Shown: in pieces, positions 26,054 through 32,203 of the stretch
Layout: each line of letters begins with the position of its first letter
Position numbering within the stretch: the first letter of the stretch is position 1
Notes under the pieces: generated by a model
The model's input: the letters and a program-made list of their open reading frames with translations, nothing else
Databases searched by the model: none
Told to the model about the DNA's origin: nothing
Program-made: the position numbers and the translations under genes
From: a virus
Lineage: Duplodnaviria > Caudoviricetes
Reading direction: 5' to 3' (one strand)
Virus record (IMG/VR): IMGVR_UViG_3300028557_000125
Coordinates: 1 to 32,203 of that record
Length of the DNA stretch: 32,203 bases

Positions 26054-26082
26054 ATATTATCAGTTCTTTAATTAAAAGTCAA
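26054..26082 (-). promoter_or_regulatory. Sigma70-like promoter TTGACT-17-TAATAT, 7 nt before ATG (leaderless)
   Basis: -35 at 26077-26082, -10 at 26054-26059, ATG at 26046. Confidence 0.65.
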
Positions 26083-26083
26083 A

Positions 26084-28621
26084 TTATTTTTCTTTAACTT
26101 CTCCTAATTTCATATATATTTTATGATCTTGAATAGCTATCAAATCCGCAAATACAGTATCTTCTCCCTTTTTGCGTCCTTTAACTATCACAATATTACC
26201 TTCATCTGGGAGAATATTATTCATTTCCTTACATTCATCTATCTTATCATTGAATATTAATGTAGTTACTTTGGAGCTTTCATCTTGAATAGATAATCTT
26301 AAGTACCTAGTTTTCTTTGAGTTGTTAGCTACCCCTAAATATTGCTCTTTTATTATACCTATAAACAATACTGGTAAGCCTTCTGGAGCTTCATTGACTT
26401 CTCTTATATTCAATAAGTCTGGTTTTTGATCAGAGAATATGTCTTTTAACGTAGTATTATAAGTATAACCTAATAGTTTATTTTCATAATACCAATTAGC
26501 AAACCTTTCATTTCTGCTGTTTTGCTCATATATTTTCTTATAAGGATCATATGACTTTCTTATAGTCTCTAATCTTGTGTCCTTAATAATTTGCTTACCT
26601 TTTTCATCTTTAGTATTATTTAAGAATTTAATAATTTTAAATAAATCATAATCGAACTTTTCTCCATACATCATGCAATATTTTTGTTCGTTTTGAGTTA
26701 AGATATTCCATAATTGAGCTTCTAATACTACTTTGCTTCTTGATTGTTTGAAGTTCTCTAAAGCACCAGCTTGAATTAACGGAGATAAAACTCTAATAGA
26801 TAATTTAGCTTGTTGACCAGATTTAAATACATCAAATTTTGTAGCATATTTACTTCTAAAATTATTTAATCTTTCAATTGATTTATCACTAATTCCTTTG
26901 ATAGATAATAGTCCAAATCTAATATCATTTCCTTCAACACTAAAATCCATTTCAGAATTAATAATATGTGGTGGTAGAAGTTTAATATTAAACAAATCCA
27001 TTTCTTTATGAATCTTTGATATTTCGCTAATGGGATCTGGTTCATATCTTGTCATTCTTAATAAAGATAAGAAAAACTCTCTAGGATATTTAAACTTTAA
27101 ATAAATAGTAATTGCTGCTAAACCTGCATAGCTTTGACTATGACTAGCGTTGAATGAATAATTTGCAGAATCTTCTAGAATTTTCCATAAAATTTCTCCA
27201 ATTTCTTTAGGTAGATTATTTGATGCACACTTCTTTTCAATTTTTTCTTTCCATTCTTTAATCTCTTCTACCTTCTTTTTACCTACGATTCTTCTTAAGA
27301 TCTCTGCTTGATCTAATGTAAATCCGATTTTATGTGCCATTTGCATCAATTGTTCTTGATACAAAGCTAATCCACCAGTTCTTTTTAATGTTTCGTCAAA
27401 GAATGGATGAACAGATTGATACTCTCCTGTTTCTACATATTTCGCATATTGATCAACGAATTGTAATGCTCCAGGTCTTGCTAATGCTAATACTGCGCTT
27501 AATTCTTCTGAATTTCTTGGTCTGACTTTCCTACAAACTTTAAAATTTGTATCGGCTTCGATTTGAAATAGTCCATGAGGACTTCTTAGGTCTTGTAGCT
27601 GCTGATATATGAAAACGTCTTCTGTGTCAATATCTTCAATTTTTAAATTGATCATACGGCATACATCATAAACAACTGATACGCTTCTTAAGCCCAATAA
27701 ATCAAGCTTTACATTAAATTGACTAATATCATTCATATCAAAGGCACTAACTGGTTCTTTATCGGATGATAGTTCTAGTGGACATGCTTCAGATAAAGGT
27801 GCATGAGATATTTGAATTCCAGAAGGATGAACGCCTTTATTTTTGATAAGATTTCGTAATTTTAAAGCTATATTATAAATTTCTTGGTTTTCATCACACC
27901 ATTCTTTGAATTTTTCTACTTCATTATACGCTTCTGAGATATCCTTTACTTGTCCGAATACTTTTGGAATTAAGCTACTTACGCTTGTCATTTCTGTTTC
28001 GCTTTTCTCTTCTACAATCTTGCCACACTCTTTGATCAAAAGCTTTCCACTCAAAGTATTAAATGTCAATATTTTGCTGATTCTATTTGGAAAGACCTCA
28101 TTTAAAAATTCAATTACTTTATGTCGATTATAATAACAAATATCCAAATCAACGTCACACATTAAACTTCCATCCAAATATGTTATTCCATCAACAACTT
28201 GCTTTTTAGCTCGAATCTTGGATATAAATCTTTCGAAATAGAGGTTATGTTTAATTGGGTCGATTTTAGTGACTCCAATCAAGAATAGAATTAAACTACC
28301 TGCTGCACTGCCTCTTCCTAGACCAGTTGGAATTTCATTTTCTTTACAGTAATTAATAACCAACCATACAAGGATTATATAATCAATAAACCCAAGGTCT
28401 TCTATAATTTCAAATTCGTGGTCTAGTCGTTTTTTGTATTCTGGTTTTTTAGGTAAATTATTATAAGCTAGCTTCTTTAAAAAATCCGTATTTGAAGCGT
28501 CTTCTGATAAACCTAGTTTTCTTTTATGATCTACTTTTACTTTAAATTCTGGTAATCTTACCCCATATAAAGGTAAATCAATTTTTTGAAACGAGTTTAC
28601 AAAATCAAGAGTCTTCGTCAT
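26084..28621 (-). CDS. dnaE: DNA polymerase III alpha subunit catalytic core (PHP domain absent)
   Basis: GLGRGSAAGS, LYFERF, DVDLD, GVHPSG, KLDLLGL, GLFQIE, ALARPG, YQEQLMQ, YSFNASHS..Y, IRFGL..IKG, C-terminal OB fold. Likely start is the ATG at 28621 (MTKTLDF), not the ORF-track start at 28678 deep inside the upstream gene. Confidence 0.95.
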   Translation of the reverse strand: MTKTLDFVNSFQKIDLPLYGVRLPEFKVKVDHKRKLGLSEDASNTDFLKKLAYNNLPKKPEYKKRLDHEFEIIEDLGFIDYIILVWLVINYCKENEIPTGLGRGSAAGSLILFLIGVTKIDPIKHNLYFERFISKIRAKKQVVDGITYLDGSLMCDVDLDICYYNRHKVIEFLNEVFPNRISKILTFNTLSGKLLIKECGKIVEEKSETEMTSVSSLIPKVFGQVKDISEAYNEVEKFKEWCDENQEIYNIALKLRNLIKNKGVHPSGIQISHAPLSEACPLELSSDKEPVSAFDMNDISQFNVKLDLLGLRSVSVVYDVCRMINLKIEDIDTEDVFIYQQLQDLRSPHGLFQIEADTNFKVCRKVRPRNSEELSAVLALARPGALQFVDQYAKYVETGEYQSVHPFFDETLKRTGGLALYQEQLMQMAHKIGFTLDQAEILRRIVGKKKVEEIKEWKEKIEKKCASNNLPKEIGEILWKILEDSANYSFNASHSQSYAGLAAITIYLKFKYPREFFLSLLRMTRYEPDPISEISKIHKEMDLFNIKLLPPHIINSEMDFSVEGNDIRFGLLSIKGISDKSIERLNNFRSKYATKFDVFKSGQQAKLSIRVLSPLIQAGALENFKQSRSKVVLEAQLWNILTQNEQKYCMMYGEKFDYDLFKIIKFLNNTKDEKGKQIIKDTRLETIRKSYDPYKKIYEQNSRNERFANWYYENKLLGYTYNTTLKDIFSDQKPDLLNIREVNEAPEGLPVLFIGIIKEQYLGVANNSKKTRYLRLSIQDESSKVTTLIFNDKIDECKEMNNILPDEGNIVIVKGRKKGEDTVFADLIAIQDHKIYMKLGEVKEK

Positions 28622-28859
28622 CTGTCTTTTTCTTGCGTTTTTTAGTTGATTTAAACTTGTTGATGGATCGATCAACATTAACTTGAAACTCTTTTAAACC
28701 CTCTCTCAAAGCAGAAAAAGATTTTTCTTCATTATTCAAAGAATAAAATACATCAGCTTTACTATTTACCTTGCCATGCTGCAAAGTAATAAATAGATAA
28801 TCTATATTTTCTTTTTCTAGTTTAGCTAGAATATCGTATATATGATCCATTGATGCCAT
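28605..28859 (-). CDS. Hypothetical protein (84 aa, basic/acidic tail)
   Basis: Has its own promoter, fills the gap and overlaps the dnaE start; no recognisable motif. Confidence 0.65.
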   Translation of the reverse strand: MASMDHIYDILAKLEKENIDYLFITLQHGKVNSKADVFYSLNNEEKSFSALREGLKEFQVNVDRSINKFKSTKKRKKKTDDEDS

Positions 28860-28865
28860 ATGAGT

Positions 28866-28894
28866 ATTATATAACTTTCTTGATTAAAATGCAA
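28866..28894 (-). promoter_or_regulatory. Sigma70-like promoter TTGCAT-17-TATAAT, 6 nt before ATG (leaderless)
   Basis: -35 at 28889-28894, -10 at 28866-28871, ATG at 28859. Confidence 0.7.
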
Positions 28895-29536
28895 TCAAAT
28901 ATTAACCATGTATTTTATTTTATTCCAAACTTTAAAATTTAACTCTAAATCAGATAGAGCATTATGTAAGGAATTATAATCATGATCAATATCTAAATCT
29001 TTTCCTGCTGCGGTTAAATTGGTTTTAACATTTTTAACTTTTGTATGATAGAGCTTGTACATATATTCTGGTAATGATTCTTTTTTAGAATCAAAAGCGT
29101 TTGAGGTTTTGATTCCTTTATATATTAAATTTGTATCTATGCTTTTAGAAATAAAATCATAAGGTTTTAAATTCATGAATTTATAATATTCACTAAGAAG
29201 ATATAAATCAAAACCTAGTATATTATGGCCAACTATGTAATCCGCTTTCTCAATCCATTCTTTTAATGTAGGAAAAAATAACTCTGGATCAATACCATTC
29301 TTTTGGATATTCTTTGGGTCATATCTTGTTATTCTTGCTGCATCTTTACTTATTTTTAAATCGGTCTTCCACTTTAAATAGATGTCCTTACTGTCAATGA
29401 TTTTATCTCCTTGACATTTTAGCATCGCAATTTGCCAAGGAATATTATGGCAAAAATTAAGGCATAGATTTAGAGTCTCACAATCTATGAAAAGTAAAGT
29501 TTTATTCTTGTCGAATCTTAAAAGATGTTCGTCCAT
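28895..29536 (-). CDS. DEDDh 3'-5' exonuclease (DnaQ/epsilon-like)
   Basis: ExoI FIDCET, ExoII VGHNILGFD, ExoIII LHNALSD. Confidence 0.9.
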   Translation of the reverse strand: MDEHLLRFDKNKTLLFIDCETLNLCLNFCHNIPWQIAMLKCQGDKIIDSKDIYLKWKTDLKISKDAARITRYDPKNIQKNGIDPELFFPTLKEWIEKADYIVGHNILGFDLYLLSEYYKFMNLKPYDFISKSIDTNLIYKGIKTSNAFDSKKESLPEYMYKLYHTKVKNVKTNLTAAGKDLDIDHDYNSLHNALSDLELNFKVWNKIKYMVNI

Positions 29537-29537
29537 A

Positions 29538-30011
29538 TTAGAAATTTAGTGGATCAAATTTTATATTAACTTCTTCTGGTTGTCCTAGATTCTTAAGCCA
29601 GTCAATATAGTCTCCTTCGTTTAAAGTAATCCAATCTCCTCCTTTTGATAAGTTATATATTGTATAGTAACTTAAGTTCTTTAAGAATGCAACTATATAA
29701 ACATCTACTCCTAAGCTTTTTGCTACATGAGTGATAGTATATTTTTGAGTATCTCTAGTTTCAAATCGGTTTATAATAGCTTTAAAGTAATTTGGGCCAG
29801 GAACTCTATCATCATCTATCCTAGTCATCTCTAATACCGCTACTGGAACCATTTGACCATCAATAATTCTCCATTCAATTTGATCTACATCAGTAGTATA
29901 CAATTTGTTTAATTTATACTTCCATAGTCTGTAGTCTATAAGACGATCTTCTCTATCTTCTCTTTGGCGAGTTTTTCCGCCGTATGAATTTACTTTTTTA
30001 ATTAAATTCAT
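29538..30011 (-). CDS. Hypothetical protein, possible PD-(D/E)XK-like nuclease fold
   Basis: TDVDQIEW...VAVLEMT...Q......VAKSLGVDVYIV resembles a restriction-endonuclease-like core, but with T in place of the catalytic K. Confidence 0.4.
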   Translation of the reverse strand: MNLIKKVNSYGGKTRQREDREDRLIDYRLWKYKLNKLYTTDVDQIEWRIIDGQMVPVAVLEMTRIDDDRVPGPNYFKAIINRFETRDTQKYTITHVAKSLGVDVYIVAFLKNLSYYTIYNLSKGGDWITLNEGDYIDWLKNLGQPEEVNIKFDPLNF

Positions 30012-30769
30012 TTTTTATTTTGCTCCATCCAACTTTCAAAGCAGAATTCATTACTAGACATATGTTCCATTTCTGGTTTATTTAAAGTAGTTCTATTGTT
30101 AATGCATCTAAATGTTAGAAAGCTTTTAAAGTCTTTTTTACTCTTGTAGTATATACTTTTAGTTTTAAAAAGATCTAAATTATTTAATTTAGCATAATCT
30201 GTCATTTTCTTCTTAACTAAAGGATCAAAGATTAAAGAATTATCTTCAATAAAAACAGAAGGTTTAAAATTTTCAATAAAAGGTAAACATTGGTATCCTT
30301 TAAGAGCATTATTAAATATAAAGTTGTCATAAAATGGTAAAGCTAATTTGATGTTATCGCTAAAATTCTCCTTTAAAATATTCATGTCTAATCTTGGGGT
30401 ATAGTAAAATCCTTCTGTATTGGCTTTTGTCCATAGTTTAATTAATGTTTTATATCCTTCGTCTCCATTTGCAAAGACTATAATTTTATGATGCTTTTTA
30501 AGCTCTTCTTCATTTTTGTTTAAATGATTATCACAAAATACGAATTTAATACCAAAGATTAAATCAATATTAATTGCTTTTAAATGCTTATAGGCTTGTA
30601 AGAAACCACTAAAACAGTCTTCTACTAGAAATACCTTTTTTAATTTATTGTCTTTAGCTATTTGAATTATAGAATCTGGCTCATTTTCTTCATCATTTTT
30701 ATCTTCTAAAGTTAAAATACTTTTGCCTATAGAGTAATGACTCTTGAAAAGAGGAATCGTATCGTACAT
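30008..30769 (-). CDS. Stand-alone PHP domain of DNA polymerase III alpha (N-terminal part; metal ligands degenerate)
   Basis: SHYSI..SI, I...AK, F.QA....I..IFG, HKIIVFA.G.EGYK.LIKL.T.A..EGFYY.PR.D, YY....D......CI, all matching the DnaE N-terminal PHP. Confidence 0.88.
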   Translation of the reverse strand: MYDTIPLFKSHYSIGKSILTLEDKNDEENEPDSIIQIAKDNKLKKVFLVEDCFSGFLQAYKHLKAINIDLIFGIKFVFCDNHLNKNEEELKKHHKIIVFANGDEGYKTLIKLWTKANTEGFYYTPRLDMNILKENFSDNIKLALPFYDNFIFNNALKGYQCLPFIENFKPSVFIEDNSLIFDPLVKKKMTDYAKLNNLDLFKTKSIYYKSKKDFKSFLTFRCINNRTTLNKPEMEHMSSNEFCFESWMEQNKK

Positions 30770-30775
30770 CCTGTA

Positions 30776-30804
30776 TTTATACCTTATATTAAGCTTACTG
30801 TCAA
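30776..30804 (-). promoter_or_regulatory. Sigma70-like promoter TTGACA-17-TATAAA, 6 nt before ATG (leaderless)
   Basis: -35 at 30799-30804, -10 at 30776-30781, ATG at 30769. Confidence 0.6.
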
Positions 30805-31769
30805 GTCAAATCATCAAATGCGTCTTTTGGTTGCTGATTTATAGATACATTATTATGTCTTGGGCAACCAGTGTATTGCCTTTGCTCTACTGTAAATCCT
30901 TTAACATCTTTAAATTCTCCAGTAAAATTTGATTCAACTATTTCATTTTTATCATTTAATTTAACGTAATAATCAAAAGAATCTTTATATGGGCATTTCC
31001 AATTTCCAACACTGCACATCCATTTGTTTTTTGGATTATCTACTGCAAAATTAGATTCTGCACTGCTTTCATCAAAATTATTAATATATTTATTGACATA
31101 TTCTAAATAGTGTTCAAATCCTTTGATCTGATTATCATCAAACTCAAGCTCTTGTATTGGTTGCTTTGGAAACCTCAAGAAAAGGAATCGTACAATAGGC
31201 TTTAATTTAGGCCAAAGCTTTTTACTTGCAAGGCTATACATCATAGCTTGAATATTGGCTTCAAGGTCATCTCCTCTGAATTTGGCTTTGGAGCTTTTGT
31301 AGTCAACTATAACCATTTTATTTTTCGATTTAATAGGCTTATCTATAAAGCCCTTAATGTGATATTTTGGTGAATCACTTTGGATTTCAAAGGAATATTC
31401 TGGAGAAACTATTTTACCATCATTTTCGCCAAAGAAATCATGCTTTAAACCGACCATTATCATATCATTCAATATTTCATAATTTGATTCATCTAAGCCA
31501 CTCTTTTTCATCGACTTCTTAATTAATTTTGATACAGCTTTGCTTCCATCAACTGAATTATTCTTTATGATTTTATTAAAATGGCTTTTATGCTTTGGAT
31601 TTAAAAGTAATTCAAATATCGTATGACAAATCGTACCACGATCACTTCCGTCATTAGATCTTTGTGGAATTTTTAAATGATAATTTAACCAATATGTCCA
31701 CGAGCATGTTTCAAGTGTTTTTATTCTTGAAGCTGAAAGTACTTTTAATTTTTTATTGTCTGATGCCAT
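30801..31769 (-). CDS. PD-(D/E)XK nuclease superfamily protein (RecB/AddB/Cas4-like exonuclease)
   Basis: LSASRIKTLETC, GTICH...E, KGFIDK, IVDYKSS, QAMMYSLA, C-terminal C....CP. Confidence 0.88.
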   Translation of the reverse strand: MASDNKKLKVLSASRIKTLETCSWTYWLNYHLKIPQRSNDGSDRGTICHTIFELLLNPKHKSHFNKIIKNNSVDGSKAVSKLIKKSMKKSGLDESNYEILNDMIMVGLKHDFFGENDGKIVSPEYSFEIQSDSPKYHIKGFIDKPIKSKNKMVIVDYKSSKAKFRGDDLEANIQAMMYSLASKKLWPKLKPIVRFLFLRFPKQPIQELEFDDNQIKGFEHYLEYVNKYINNFDESSAESNFAVDNPKNKWMCSVGNWKCPYKDSFDYYVKLNDKNEIVESNFTGEFKDVKGFTVEQRQYTGCPRHNNVSINQQPKDAFDDLT

Positions 31770-32203
31770 TGTAATATTTCTTCCTTATTCATTTCACCAA
31801 AGTCTTTTTTTGTTGGTAAAGCTATTTGTATTTGATGTCTATCAAAGTGTTTTAATAATTTATCTTTGGTTTTTTCTGACGCTAAATTACCAGCTTTATT
31901 CTTGAGTTCATCATTATTAAATGATATGTAAATTTTGCTTGGATTCAAAACTAGTAAAGTATTTAAAATACTTACGCTGAGATTTAAACCAAATGTAACA
32001 ATAACATTTTGAATACCCGCTTCCCACAAGCTTAACATATCTCCAATACTCTCTACAATAATTACTTCTTTACTTTCTGATAGTATTTTCGAATTAACTT
32101 GTAGAGGATAACGCCAATTGATTTTATCTCCTACTAGCTTCCATTTAGGACACATTTTTTCGCTTCTATTTAGAATATCTCTTCCAGCAACCCCAATCAA
32201 TTT
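31745..32203 (-). CDS. DNA primase (DnaG-like) Toprim domain; 5' end lies outside the window
   Basis: IGVAGR....PKW, IIVESIGDMLSL.EAGI.NV...FG, IYISFNND...AG, KDFGEM. Confidence 0.8.
   Translation of the reverse strand, partial: KLIGVAGRDILNRSEKMCPKWKLVGDKINWRYPLQVNSKILSESKEVIIVESIGDMLSLWEAGIQNVIVTFGLNLSVSILNTLLVLNPSKIYISFNNDELKNKAGNLASEKTKDKLLKHFDRHQIQIALPTKKDFGEMNKEEILQWHQTIKN

Noticed and set aside
28622-28678. ORF-track N-terminal extension of dnaE (MLIDPST...)
   Set aside because: A non-ATG start overlapping the 84-aa gene by 74 nt; the ATG at 28621 fits the homology boundary better.
30008-30060. CFESW near the PHP C-terminus as a split-intein N-fragment
   Set aside because: Too short, aligns with the normal DnaE Y[LF]KS motif, and the core has no intein C-fragment (HN-C/S/T) at its start.
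14284-30932. Other 60-75 aa ORFs nested in or antisense to fibre, GT and dnaE genes, and 30744-30932
   Set aside because: They overlap well-supported genes and have no independent evidence.
30801-31769. Cas4 / CRISPR locus
   Set aside because: No repeat-spacer array or other cas genes seen; stand-alone PD-(D/E)XK exonucleases are common in phage replication modules.
1-32203. Stop-codon reassignment (alternative genetic code) as the cause of the split genes
   Set aside because: Very long ORFs are intact under code 11, TAA, TAG and TGA all end genes, and most split junctions change frame.
1-32203. tRNA, rRNA or structured ncRNA genes and intrinsic terminators
   Set aside because: Intergenic gaps are at most 74 bp and are occupied by promoter-like motifs; no cloverleaf or GC-rich hairpin with U-tract was recognised by eye.

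Overview
A strongly AT-rich, densely coding segment of a large tailed dsDNA phage genome (Caudoviricetes, siphovirus-type tail), read with the standard genetic code; the host cannot be determined from this window. There are three blocks. (1) At 1-12065 (-) is a lambda-like tail-tip operon M-L-K-I-J plus a truncated FN3-type gene. M, L and J carry extra Ig, lectin or carbohydrate-binding modules. (2) At 12140-21582 (+), transcribed divergently, are three paralogous two-domain tail-tube-like genes and two large IPT/TIG- and Ser/Thr-Gly-rich fibre/adhesin genes. (3) At 21569-32203 (-) is a replication/modification block: Toprim primase, PD-(D/E)XK nucleases, a DNA polymerase III split into a dead PHP gene, a DEDDh exonuclease and a DnaE core, a Whirly-like SSB, GT4/GT9 glycosyltransferases and a probable single-strand annealing protein. 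The most striking feature is a Hint (bacterial intein-like) domain with no +1 nucleophile, inserted directly after the poly-Gly end of the ubiquitin-like domain of gpI and next to an intact JAB/NlpC gpK. This suggests self-activating ubiquitin-like chemistry in tail-tip assembly. Other highlights are IPT domains split at the same point across two consecutive gene boundaries, a GT9 split across two genes, possible S/T-G-directed virion glycosylation, and two promoter classes (GTGTAA..GGAAWAAGG, and sigma70-like promoters predicting leaderless mRNAs). All family assignments come from motif recognition by eye; no database searches were run.
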